Positions 1 through 8,976 of a stretch of 40,251 nt of DNA are shown here, piece by piece. The position numbers were made by a program, and so were the translations under genes. The notes beneath the pieces were generated by a model. The model was not told where the DNA came from. It made no database searches and saw only the letters and a list, made by a program, of their open reading frames with translations. The stretch covers positions 1-40,251 of the forward strand of contig JBNKCR010000021.1 in NCBI GenBank assembly GCA_050287845.1, given 5' to 3'. Each line of letters opens with the position of its first letter. The first letter of the stretch is position 1. The stretch comes from Polyangia bacterium (GTDB lineage Bacteria > Myxococcota_A > Polyangia > JAAYKL01).

Positions 1-282
1 GAAATCGTTGAACTGAACGTTCAAGCGGATCATATCCATCTGCTTGTAATGATACCGCCGAAAATTTCAATATCACAGTATGTTGGAACGATGAAGGGAA
101 GAACGGCGATTCGCGTGTTCAATAAATTTCGAGATTTGAAAAGCAAGCCGTATTGGGGCAATCACTTCTGGGCAACCGGATACTTCGGTGACACCGTAGG
201 TGTCGATGCCGAAATCATACGGAAGTATGTAAAATATCAGGAGAAGCGCGAGAAGAATCAGGAAGATCTGAAGTTTGACTAA
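1..282 (+). CDS. tnpA: IS200/IS605 family HUH (Y1) transposase TnpA, 5'-truncated by the window edge
   Basis: Frame 1 is open from base 1: EIVELNVQADHIHLLVMIPPK (HUH motif DHIH) ... MKGRTA ... YWGNHFWATGYF ... IRKYVKYQE (catalytic Tyr, YxxxQ). Confidence 0.93.
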   Translation, partial: EIVELNVQADHIHLLVMIPPKISISQYVGTMKGRTAIRVFNKFRDLKSKPYWGNHFWATGYFGDTVGVDAEIIRKYVKYQEKREKNQEDLKFD

Positions 283-388
283 AGCTCGTTAAACAACGGG
301 GACAACTCTCTTTGCCCCATTTTGGGGCAAAGCATGCTCGCCCCCTCCGGGGGCTAAATCAAAACCACCTCCTCTGGGGGTGGTTTTT
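1..388 (+). mobile_element. Right part of an IS200-type insertion sequence (tnpA only, no tnpB follows)
   Basis: tnpA followed by three hairpins: tttgcccca-ttt-tggggcaaa (311-331), gccccc-tcc-gggggc (340-354), aaaaccacc...ggtggtttt (361-387). Subterminal hairpins define IS200/IS605 ends; the exact end is not determinable. Confidence 0.75.
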
Positions 389-541
389 TATCAGCCTATT
401 TGGACAACAGCCCCTCGATACCTGACCCCTCCGGCTTTTTTTGCGGTGTTCGAACAGCTTTCGAACGCAGAGTTTGAACCAAACTGGGATTCGATGCATT
501 CTGTGATGTGTAATCGATTAATTGTTGAGAGGGGCAGCTCT

Positions 542-1159
542 ATGGATGCTTACGTAGTTAGAAAAATAGTATACGGAAACCGATACGGAGCGGTGCACGT
601 TTACGATGAAGGGATTGCGACCACCTTCGAAAAGGCCGTCGAAATGGCTCCCAAAATGGATCTGGAGCCGGATGATGATTTTCTGTTCGAAATCACCAAG
701 CGGCCGATTGATTCATACTCGGAAGACTACTTTTCTGATGTCTGGCATTTGGATAACCAGGGAAAACAGCTGAATAGGGATTGCCCTGAGCCTGCCAATT
801 CGTTTGTGGTCAACGTCGGAGATATTGTCCGCATTTTCCCGTTTCCAAAGGTGCCATGCAGTGAACTGTTCAAAGAGGATATTGGCATTGTCGTAGAGAA
901 ACTGATCGATGATGAAGACACGGGAATTGAGCATCTCGTCGTGGAGACAATTGATAGCGAGGGCGACCTCGATCATTTTCACGTTCATCCTTGCTCCAAA
1001 TCAATGACCGTGCTCGCTGACGTGGATGTCCCGGAGCGATTGAGCTTTCTGAAAGTCCTGCGAGAACATGTGACGGGGCGCGCGCCAATTGAAAAGGAAA
1101 AATGGGATCAGATCATCAACAAGGAAGTCTCTTTGTTTAATTGGCTGGGTACAGAATGA
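542..1159 (+). CDS. Hypothetical acidic cytoplasmic protein (~205 aa)
   Basis: ORF 380..1159; more plausible ATG at 542 after GAGAGGGG. No recognised family; VNVGDIVRI...IGIVVE looks SH3/KOW-like. Confidence 0.6.
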   Translation: MDAYVVRKIVYGNRYGAVHVYDEGIATTFEKAVEMAPKMDLEPDDDFLFEITKRPIDSYSEDYFSDVWHLDNQGKQLNRDCPEPANSFVVNVGDIVRIFPFPKVPCSELFKEDIGIVVEKLIDDEDTGIEHLVVETIDSEGDLDHFHVHPCSKSMTVLADVDVPERLSFLKVLREHVTGRAPIEKEKWDQIINKEVSLFNWLGTE

Positions 1160-1300
1160 ATAAAGTCGGCACGATACGTATCCCATGCAGTCTTCTATTA
1201 CCTGCTTCGAAGCTCTCACGTTTTGGGCAGGAAGCAATTGAGCCATGTTTGCTATTTTGTTGATTGGAATATTTCGGCCATGAGCACGCGTATCTTAAAC

Positions 1301-3079
1301 ATGCGAAGTCTCGTTAAGCTAGTATGGGTGTCAATCTTTCTATTCCCGACTGCCATCATGGCGGACTCAGGGCCGACTGAGTTTTACATCCCCGGTAATG
1401 TGGGTGGCCGAACAGTCACCGAGGTGGCCATGGTGAAAGAAATTGTCACCTTCAAAAAATTTACCGACGATTTACGTCGGGTCTTGGTTCGTGCGGAATT
1501 CTGGTTTGAGAACCAGGGCGAAAAAGACGAAGTCGTCCCCGCGTTCTTTCCAGTGCTCCAGCCTTTGGGGTATTTTGTCGACGACCAGGAAGTTACAGAC
1601 GAAGACAAAAAAGAAGTGCTTGGGTATATGAGTCCTGGGGAGGCAGACATCCGGATTGACGGCACCAAACTTGAAACAAAAGTGGACTTGTTGAACCTGT
1701 CACCCCAGTTGAAGCGAAACAATGACTGGTGGATAGTAGAATTGTTCGAGTTGCCGGTGGAAAAGGGTAAAACCGTTCATTTGGTGATTGATTACGAAAT
1801 CAATGAAGATTGGTACAGTTGGGGTGGTCGTCACATCTTCAAGTATTTGTTGCGCACCGGTGAAGGGTGGCGGGGCTCAATTGGGCAGGGAGACATTGTT
1901 GTAAACAGCCCCGTTGCGCCGAATGAGTACAGTATTCAAATTGAAGGGCCGAAGGCCGGAACGATCTCGGTCGACGGTAATACTCTGACAATGCATTTTG
2001 AAAAGTTGGAGCCAGAGTCAGGAGACGACATCACCGTTACTGTTGTCGAGAAGGAGACGACTGACGCAATTTTCCAAAAGAAGAAGGATGCAGAAGCTCA
2101 TCCTGATCGTGCCTGGCTTTGGTTTCAATTAGGTGAAATGGTTTATGATGCAACATGGAGCTCCTTCTATAGTATCCCGTTTTATGAGCGCGCGATTAGT
2201 GCCTTGCCATTTAACGTGTCACCCGAAGAGCGGAAGACCTTTATAAATTTGTATGACGACTACAGAGACTTGCAGCCTCGTAAAGATGGGTACTTTGGCG
2301 CCATCTGGGATAACTATCAATTATTCTTAAAAATTCGGTATGGGATGAGCGATCCGTTTTGCAAATACACCAGAATGGATACTGAGTTTGAAGGGCTGTA
2401 TCAGCTGAGCCGATTTGAAAACGACACAGAAGCGGAAGACCTCGGCGCATACAGGCTGTGCATCGACGAACGCATGTTGGCAAGCGATGAACCTTCGAAT
2501 CAGAAGAACATTGTTGAAACATGTGGAACTCCAGCGCGTGATGCGTGCAAGAGTTCCTTGAACGCTGAATTTTATGGCATCTTTTCCGAACATGAGAAAA
2601 ACGCTACCTATGAGAAAGCGGTTAAGTATCTTGTCCCACTACCGGGTACGCTCTCCACGCCGGTTACCCCAGAAGTAAAGCAGGAATTGAGAAGAACCGT
2701 TGCAGACGTTTGGGGATTGTTAGACGATGGTATGGAGCAGGATGCGATTCGTTGTTTTTGGCGATGGATGGGGATGCTTGTGCAGGGAGAAGTAGAGCGG
2801 CGTCGGAATGATGCGCAATATCCCGCCGTGGGCATGGTCACACGCGAAATCTACTATGAGGACTATCTGGCATTTGAGAATGGTGTCTGTCACAATGGGC
2901 AGGTTATTTCGACATCTAAAGCACGATGTAGCAACAATGAGAAGTTTTGCCCACCGCTTGTTGAAACACCTGGAGAGGTATATTGGCGTTGTGTGGATAA
3001 TCAATGTGTCCCAGCTTGGTTGGAGTCGTTTGGCATGACTGTGCAGCGCGTTTGCATAGAGCAGCGCGTAATCCACTGA
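1301..3079 (+). CDS. Secreted protein with DUF4424-like N-terminal domain, TPR-like segment and Cys-rich C-terminus
   Basis: Signal peptide MRSLVKLVWVSIFLFPTAIMA; motifs VAMVKEIV...VRAEFWFEN...FP and YLLRTGEGWRGSIG resemble DUF4424; AWLWFQLGEMVY...FYERAI is TPR-like. Start uncertain (1280 or 1301). Confidence 0.6.
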   Translation: MRSLVKLVWVSIFLFPTAIMADSGPTEFYIPGNVGGRTVTEVAMVKEIVTFKKFTDDLRRVLVRAEFWFENQGEKDEVVPAFFPVLQPLGYFVDDQEVTDEDKKEVLGYMSPGEADIRIDGTKLETKVDLLNLSPQLKRNNDWWIVELFELPVEKGKTVHLVIDYEINEDWYSWGGRHIFKYLLRTGEGWRGSIGQGDIVVNSPVAPNEYSIQIEGPKAGTISVDGNTLTMHFEKLEPESGDDITVTVVEKETTDAIFQKKKDAEAHPDRAWLWFQLGEMVYDATWSSFYSIPFYERAISALPFNVSPEERKTFINLYDDYRDLQPRKDGYFGAIWDNYQLFLKIRYGMSDPFCKYTRMDTEFEGLYQLSRFENDTEAEDLGAYRLCIDERMLASDEPSNQKNIVETCGTPARDACKSSLNAEFYGIFSEHEKNATYEKAVKYLVPLPGTLSTPVTPEVKQELRRTVADVWGLLDDGMEQDAIRCFWRWMGMLVQGEVERRRNDAQYPAVGMVTREIYYEDYLAFENGVCHNGQVISTSKARCSNNEKFCPPLVETPGEVYWRCVDNQCVPAWLESFGMTVQRVCIEQRVIH

Positions 3080-3151
3080 AGAATTCTCCTTCGTATATTC
3101 CTTTAAGTTCAGATTTGTTGTTACCGATTATTGGCCACTGTTGAAAATCAG

Positions 3152-3233
3152 TGCCCCATGATTGCCCCATACGGGCTATCCACCAACGCCACCAAAAACA
3201 AAATCCCTGCAACTCCTCAGAATCACAGGGCTT
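3152..3233. repeat. Short direct-repeat pairs and an imperfect inverted repeat, like tyrosine-integrase arm sites
   Basis: tgccccat x2 (3152-3159, 3163-3170); ccaccaa x2 (3180-3186, 3189-3195); aaatccctg...cagggctt (3201-3233); all within 170 bp of the tRNA fragment. Confidence 0.45.
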
Positions 3234-3282
3234 GTACCGGCCTCCTCACTCATTTTGCTGGCGCAAAATAAGTTGCCGCGGT

Positions 3283-3314
3283 GTTCACTTTTCCGCGAAG
3301 CGGAAAAGATGAAC
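3283..3314. terminator. Strong hairpin directly 3' of the tRNA fragment (terminator-like)
   Basis: gttcacttttccgc-gaa-gcggaaaagatgaac, 14-bp stem with one bulge; no clear U-tract after the stem. Confidence 0.45.
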
Positions 3315-3362
3315 GGCGCACCCAGCAGGACTCGAACCTGCGACCCCGGTTTAGGAAGCCGT
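3315..3362 (-). tRNA. 3' half of tRNA-Arg(CCT): pseudo-tRNA / att-site fragment
   Basis: Minus strand: acggc-TTCCTAA-accgg-ggtc-gcagg-TTCGAGT-cctgc-tgggtgc-g-cc, i.e. anticodon loop CCT, intact T arm and acceptor 3' strand. No D arm upstream; anticodon stem only partly paired; ends CCG rather than CCA. Confidence 0.8.
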
Positions 3363-3421
3363 GTGCGCTGTTTTTCCTGCCAATATAAATCCCGGGGTTC
3401 CCATAAATGTGAGTTCAATAA

Positions 3422-4864
3422 TTCATTCAATATGGACCTCTGGCGGTATTTCAGACCGATTGGGTGCTTGCTCATGCATCCGGAGTGGATGGGGTGATTG
3501 GCGTGCATGCGGAGTCCGCACTTTGCGAGCTTGCCGACTGTGTTGCCCGAAACGGCGATTTACGCACGGTGCCGTCGCTGACCACTCGTACTTTTTCCAA
3601 TCCGGCCAATCCCACCGGAAAATCGCCCGGCTGGCGCCCCATGCGGGAAGCGGAACCGGGAAAGTTACACGGCGTCTCCATGGCCAAGGTGGTATCCACA
3701 CGTGGTTGTCAGTATCGTTGCGCCTATTGCATCCATGCCGCACTCGCCAGACATCGGGATTCCCAGCGGCAAAAGGCGGTGCCCAATGCGACGTCAACCA
3801 CCTGTCTCACGTATCGCCGGCTGCAACGGCGTCCCATGTCCGATTTGATTGATGAAATGAAGTCGTTGTATTTTGATAAGGGAGTCCGTTACTTTTTTAT
3901 CAACGATGAAAACCCGGTTTTCCTGCGGGAGCAGGATGCCCTTGACTGGGCCGATTCTTTTCGAACAGAACTACGGCGCAATAAAATGACCAACGTGGCG
4001 TTGGGACTCAAGACTCGGGCCGATCAGCTCACCGCCAGAACGGTGGATGCATTGGTGAATCTCGGGGTGGTGCGTACCCTGGTGGGGGTTGAAACATGTA
4101 CCGATGACAATCTGAAAACCCTGGGCCGGAAGGGAAGCAGCAGTCGCTCCCGGGCGGGAATGGAGATGCTGTCGTCGGCCGGGGTGATCACCCTGTTTAA
4201 CAGTCTGCTGATTCACCCGGGGGCAACGGCCTCGTCCATCGCACAGGATTTGGATTTTCTTAAAACAGTGGAACACGGATTGTTCAAGATGGTGGCGGTT
4301 CGTCCATATGCGGGAACAGAAGTCAGAGAAAATCTTCAACAGAATCATTGGCTTCATGGGGGCGAGTTCCTGCCCTATGTGTCTTACGATGATCCGGTTG
4401 TTCAGCGATTTTCAGAACTGTCCGTGTTGCTGGATTCCAGGGTGCTGGGCCCCGGAGATCCGTTCTTCACCCTGCTTGATTTGTTGCTGGGGGCTAAGCT
4501 GAACCAGACAGTTGGGGAACGGTCCCGCATCAATGCGTCTGCGTTGAACAGTCTGTGGGCGTTCATCGCTGAACTGAACCAATTGCGTACTGGTGTGTTT
4601 TCGCGTCTTCTGGATTGTGCGACCGGGGATTGCGATGCCACAGCGGTATTTACCAACGCATCCCGGGAATTTGGCACGCTTCACCGTGATATCTCCACGC
4701 TGGGAAAATCGCTGTATGTTTCCGGGACATGGATGAATGAATGGCACTTCCGGGCCATTGCCGCCGCCACCACTCTGATGGTTGTGCTCCAGGGAGCGGG
4801 TTGCAACAATGTGAATGCTCCTGTTACGGATACCGAACAGCGCCGGATTTTTCGGAAATCATAG
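3422..4864 (+). pseudogene. B12-binding-type radical SAM protein, 5'-truncated
   Basis: RGCQYRCAYC (CxxxCxxC), FFINDEN, TRAD, VGVET. The frame opens at 3422 with FIQYGPLA...VDGVIGVHAE, the tail of a cobalamin-binding domain; in-frame stops lie immediately upstream. First start codon is GTG 3464. Confidence 0.7.
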
Positions 4865-4894
4865 CGCGATGTCTGACTGAGAAAAGGCTGGCAA

Positions 4895-6043
4895 CTATTT
4901 TTTCGCCATTGCGGCTTCGTTGGCTTTCACGTCTTTTTTATCCGCTTCTTTCACCGCTATGGCTTTCACGTTTTTTTTGTCGTCTTTTTTTACCGCCCTG
5001 GCTTTCATGTCCTTTTTGTCTTCTTTCTTTACTTTTTCGTCCGCGGCAGCTTTTTTCTCTTCGGCTTTTTTCACCTTTGCCTCTTCAGCGTCTTTTTTCT
5101 TTGCTTCGGCTTTGGCTTTCTTCTCGTTTTCTTTTTCTGCCTTTTCAATGGTCGCCAGTTCTTTTTTCAGATCGTTGAATTCCTGCAGCTGTTTTTCCAG
5201 TGTCGCCAGCTTTTCTTTCTGTATCTTGTTTTCTTCCTGCGCTGCGTCAAATTCTTTCTGTGTTTCAGTAGCAACTGCTGCAGATTTTGCTGCCTTTTCT
5301 TTAGCAGGATCCACTTTTTTCTGAGCGGCATCCAGGGCCCTGGTCCATTTATCAACGGCGGCTTGTTTTTTCTTTACAAAATCCCGCTGTGAAATCAGAC
5401 TTTCTTTTACATCTTTTTTGGCTGCTGCGGTTGTGGGATTCTTTTCTTCAAGCTCTTTCAATGCGGTTTCCGCCAGACCCAGGATTCGAGTGCTTTCTTT
5501 GAGCTGTTCCGTTGCGGTATTAAGGCTTTCAGCCGTTTCAGTAGCGGCCGCTTTATCTTTGTTGCTGGTGCTTTGTGCGGTCTTGTTGGCCTTCTGGGCT
5601 TTTTGAAGTCGCTTATCGGATGATTTCACACTTTTCTGCGTGGCGGTGATGGCCTGTTTTGTTTCCGCAATGGCTGCTTTATTATCTTTTATCCGCTCTC
5701 CAATGGGTTTTTCTTTCTTCGCGGTATTTTCAGCTGTTTCTTTTACGGCGTCTTCTGTTTTGCTTTCGGTTGATTCCGCAGCACTCTCTGTGGCGGCAGC
5801 TTCGGCGCTTTCTGTTTCTGACGCCGCTGCTTTGTTCTCCTCTGCTTCTGGTTTGGCAGCAGGCGTATCCATGGGCACCGCTTCAGGCGGGCTGGAAACA
5901 ACAGAGACATCATCCGAAGCGGTGGTCGTCTTCGCTTGCGAACTGCCACAGCCGAAAGTCCCCATCATCAGCATCGTGCCTCCCATCAGGAGTGCCAGTA
6001 CAAACATACTCTTGCGAAAATTGTGATTTTGTTTCTTTTTCAT
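4895..6043 (-). CDS. Ala/Lys/Glu-rich coiled-coil lipoprotein
   Basis: Basic N-terminus, hydrophobic stretch, lipobox TFG-C; long helical low-complexity body; RBS GAGAGGA. Confidence 0.8.
   Translation of the reverse strand: MKKKQNHNFRKSMFVLALLMGGTMLMMGTFGCGSSQAKTTTASDDVSVVSSPPEAVPMDTPAAKPEAEENKAAASETESAEAAATESAAESTESKTEDAVKETAENTAKKEKPIGERIKDNKAAIAETKQAITATQKSVKSSDKRLQKAQKANKTAQSTSNKDKAAATETAESLNTATEQLKESTRILGLAETALKELEEKNPTTAAAKKDVKESLISQRDFVKKKQAAVDKWTRALDAAQKKVDPAKEKAAKSAAVATETQKEFDAAQEENKIQKEKLATLEKQLQEFNDLKKELATIEKAEKENEKKAKAEAKKKDAEEAKVKKAEEKKAAADEKVKKEDKKDMKARAVKKDDKKNVKAIAVKEADKKDVKANEAAMAKK
4921..5035 (-). repeat. Three 39-nt tandem units encoding 13-aa Lys-rich repeats (VKxxDKKx(V/M)KA)
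   Basis: tggctttca at 4921, 4960 and 4999 on the + strand. Confidence 0.75.
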
Positions 6044-6439
6044 TTTTGTCCTCTCTTGTTCCAGGTTTCTCCAAATGAAAAAACCTATGACGTGTTCTGT
6101 GTTTTTTGACAGAAATTAAAAAAACGCCCTTAATTCTGTCTGCACAGAGTTTTAAATTACCAGCAAAGGATTTTTCGCATCACTTCCAAGCTTTCAATCC
6201 AATTGCTTCGTTGCAGATTGATCCCATATAAACGTCAACGAAAAAGGCAATTATCCGCAATGATTATCCGACAGTGTTGCATAAATTCAGCCGATTACAA
6301 GCGATTGTGGTCAGGCAATTACAGCAGAATTCAGAGCTGTGGCAGGTTCATTGAAAAAATTCAATAATGGTGTTGAAGCTGGCCGTTCCGGTTACCACAA
6401 TGGCGCATTTTCATGTGGCGTCGGACGTGCGAAGAAGGT

Positions 6440-8551
6440 TCAGGACACAGTGTCGCCGGGCAGGGTGTCACCGACAATTTCGGCGAGTTCAAGGCGGTTT
6501 TCTTTACCTCCCGCCGCCAGCACCATCCCTTCAGAAAGACCGAATTTCATCTGGCGCGGTTTCAGATTGGCCACCACCACCACATTTTTTCCCACCAGGG
6601 AGTCGACTTCCTTTTCGTATCGTTTGCGAATGCCGGCAAACACCTGTCTGGGTTTGGCTTCGCCGATGTCCACCTGGAGCTTCAGCAACTTGTCTGCGCC
6701 TTCCACCAGTTCGGCCGAACGGATGGTTCCCACCCGCAGGTCAAGCTTCGCGAAATCATCAATGGAAATATAGTCCCCTGCGGTGGCATCCGCGTTGGGG
6801 CTCGCCTTTTTCTGAGTGCTTTTTTTACCGCTGCCCGCCGGTGTCTGATTCCGTTCAATTTTGGCCCAGGAATCTCGCAGGGTCACGGTTCGGTTAAAAA
6901 TGGGGGTCTGGGCTGAAAACTCGTAGCGGTCAGCCACAAAATATCCGATGCGTTCAAACTGAATGCGCGCTTCGGGCTTCAGCTCAAGGATATACGGTTC
7001 GCCATAGCAGGTCTCAAGTATTTCAAGGGAATTGGGATTGAGATTATCCAACCAGCTCTGTCCCTCTTCCACCTTGTTGGGATTCTCCACATTAAAGAGG
7101 CGATCGTACTGGCGCACCGTTATTTTTACAGCGTGTTTTGCGCTCACCCAATGGGAGGTACCTTTTACCTTGCGGCCGTCCGGCGCGTTTCCGCCTTTGG
7201 ATTCCGGGTCATAGGTGCAAATGAGTTTGACCACTTTGCCAGTGTCATCTTTCACTACTTCCCGGCAGGTGATCAGGCAGGCATAGCGCAGCCGGATTTC
7301 TTTTCCGGGGCTGAGTCGGAACCATTTTCTGGGCGGGTCTTCCCGGAAGTCATCGCGCTCGATGTAGAGGGTGCGACTGAATGGGATCTTGCGGCTGCCC
7401 CAGCGATCATCCTCCGGATGCAATGGGGCATCAAAAAACTCCTCCTCATTTTCCGGATAATTTTCAATTTCCACGAGCAGCGGATCGATTACTCCCATAA
7501 GTCTTGGTGAACTTTCGTTCAAATCCTCGCGAATAATGTGCTCAAGGAGAGCGAAGTCGGCGACGTTTTCCCGTTTTGCAATTCCCACCCGATCGCTGAA
7601 ATTGCGAAGTGCCGCGGGCGAAACACCTCGGCGACGCATGCCGCAGATAGTGGGCATTCGAGGGTCATCCCAACCACTGACGTGATTTTCTTTTACAAGT
7701 TGCAGCAGTTTTCGCTTGCTCATCACCGTGTAGTTCAGATTGAGTCTGGCAAATTCGATTTGCTGCGGATGATGCACCGGCAACTGGTCGAGAAACCAGT
7801 CGTACAGAGGACGGTGATTCTCAAATTCCAGAGTACACAGCGAATGGGTGATTCCTTCGACCGAATCTTCGAGTCCATGTGCCCAGTCGTACATCGGATA
7901 AATGCACCATTTATCTCCGGTTCGGTGGTGGGTGGCATGACGGATGCGATAAATGATGGGATCGCGCAGGTTCATATTTGGCGACTGCATATCGATTCTG
8001 GCCCGAAGGCAGATTTCGCCATCCTTGAACTTCCCTGCTTTCATCTGCTCGAACAGTTCAATGTTTTCCGAAACAGGGCGATCACGCCACGGACTGTTTT
8101 TCCCCGGCGTGTTGAAGTCGCCGCGATACTGACGGATTTCGTCCGGAGTGAGTGCCTCCACATAGGCTTTGCCATCTTTTACCAGCGTCATCGCATGTTT
8201 GTACATATCATCGAAATAGTCAGAGGCGAAGAACAGGCCGTCCCATTTAAACCCCAACCATTCAATATCTTCTTTAATGGATTCCACATATTCGGTTTCT
8301 TCAGTTTCCGGATTGGTGTCATCAAAGCGAAGATTGCACGTGCCATTGTATTTTTTTGCAATGCCGAAATTCAGGCAAATGGATTTTGCATGACCGATAT
8401 GAAGATATCCGTTGGGCTCCGGCGGAAAGCGGGTTGCCACTTTACTCTGGTTTTTCCCATTCCTGATGTCCTCATTAATAATATCTTCAATAAAATTGGT
8501 GTGGACCGCTTCACTCTGTTCTGCTGCGGGTGTTCTGTTGTCCTGGCTCAT
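6440..8551 (-). CDS. glnS: Glutamine--tRNA ligase with C-terminal Trbp111/MetG-type OB-fold tRNA-binding domain
   Basis: [23 protein letters not shown] (HIGH), [35 protein letters not shown]; then a linker and [14 protein letters not shown]...GADKLLKL...ANLKPR...SEGMVLAA. Confidence 0.96.
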   Translation of the reverse strand: MSQDNRTPAAEQSEAVHTNFIEDIINEDIRNGKNQSKVATRFPPEPNGYLHIGHAKSICLNFGIAKKYNGTCNLRFDDTNPETEETEYVESIKEDIEWLGFKWDGLFFASDYFDDMYKHAMTLVKDGKAYVEALTPDEIRQYRGDFNTPGKNSPWRDRPVSENIELFEQMKAGKFKDGEICLRARIDMQSPNMNLRDPIIYRIRHATHHRTGDKWCIYPMYDWAHGLEDSVEGITHSLCTLEFENHRPLYDWFLDQLPVHHPQQIEFARLNLNYTVMSKRKLLQLVKENHVSGWDDPRMPTICGMRRRGVSPAALRNFSDRVGIAKRENVADFALLEHIIREDLNESSPRLMGVIDPLLVEIENYPENEEEFFDAPLHPEDDRWGSRKIPFSRTLYIERDDFREDPPRKWFRLSPGKEIRLRYACLITCREVVKDDTGKVVKLICTYDPESKGGNAPDGRKVKGTSHWVSAKHAVKITVRQYDRLFNVENPNKVEEGQSWLDNLNPNSLEILETCYGEPYILELKPEARIQFERIGYFVADRYEFSAQTPIFNRTVTLRDSWAKIERNQTPAGSGKKSTQKKASPNADATAGDYISIDDFAKLDLRVGTIRSAELVEGADKLLKLQVDIGEAKPRQVFAGIRKRYEKEVDSLVGKNVVVVANLKPRQMKFGLSEGMVLAAGGKENRLELAEIVGDTLPGDTVS

Positions 8552-8964
8552 AATCGTTCTCCTGTAGTGGCCGGTACGAGTTTTCCCATCTTGACGCCAT
8601 TGGTCGACGTCAACGTATTTCCAAGATTCGAAATATCTTTTGCTTTGCCCTTGAGTAAAAGCACTTCAAGGCAATTGCTTTCATCCATATGCACGTGGGT
8701 GGTAGAAATGACGAGGTCGTGCGCGTCGTGCTGCAGGTGCATCAATTTGTGACTGAGATCGTGCGCGTCGTGATCGTACACCAGTATGGCAACGCCTACC
8801 TGCGTTTTTTCGCTGTGGGCATCGGACCATTCTTTTTTGATCAATTCTTCCCGAATCATATCGCGAATGGCTTCGGAACGATTGTTATATCCTCGCTCTG
8901 CAATCAGTTCGTCGAACTGTTCGAGCAGCGTTTCGTCCAGGGATATTCCTACTCGGTTCAGCAT
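8548..8964 (-). CDS. nikR: Nickel-responsive transcriptional regulator NikR
   Basis: RHH N-terminus RVGISLD...LLEQFD...[15 protein letters not shown]; Ni site YDH...QH...HVH...CLE. Confidence 0.95.
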   Translation of the reverse strand: MLNRVGISLDETLLEQFDELIAERGYNNRSEAIRDMIREELIKKEWSDAHSEKTQVGVAILVYDHDAHDLSHKLMHLQHDAHDLVISTTHVHMDESNCLEVLLLKGKAKDISNLGNTLTSTNGVKMGKLVPATTGERL

Positions 8965-8976
8965 CTCAATTGACTC

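Noticed and set aside
3315..3467. Full-length or intron-containing tRNA using gcaccca (minus strand 3467-3461) as the 5' acceptor strand
   Set aside because: The 7-mer is complementary to the acceptor 3' strand, but no D arm follows and it lies inside the radical SAM coding remnant; most likely chance.
6250..6272. DnaA boxes / replication origin (ttatccgca, ttatccgac)
   Set aside because: Only two mismatched boxes, no unwinding element and no oriC gene context.
7538..8752. Long antisense ORFs (e.g. 7538..8752 +, 10061..11059 -, 14550..15473 +, 20346..21266 -, 29274..30161 +)
   Set aside because: They are shadows of well-supported genes on the opposite strand, with no motifs of their own.
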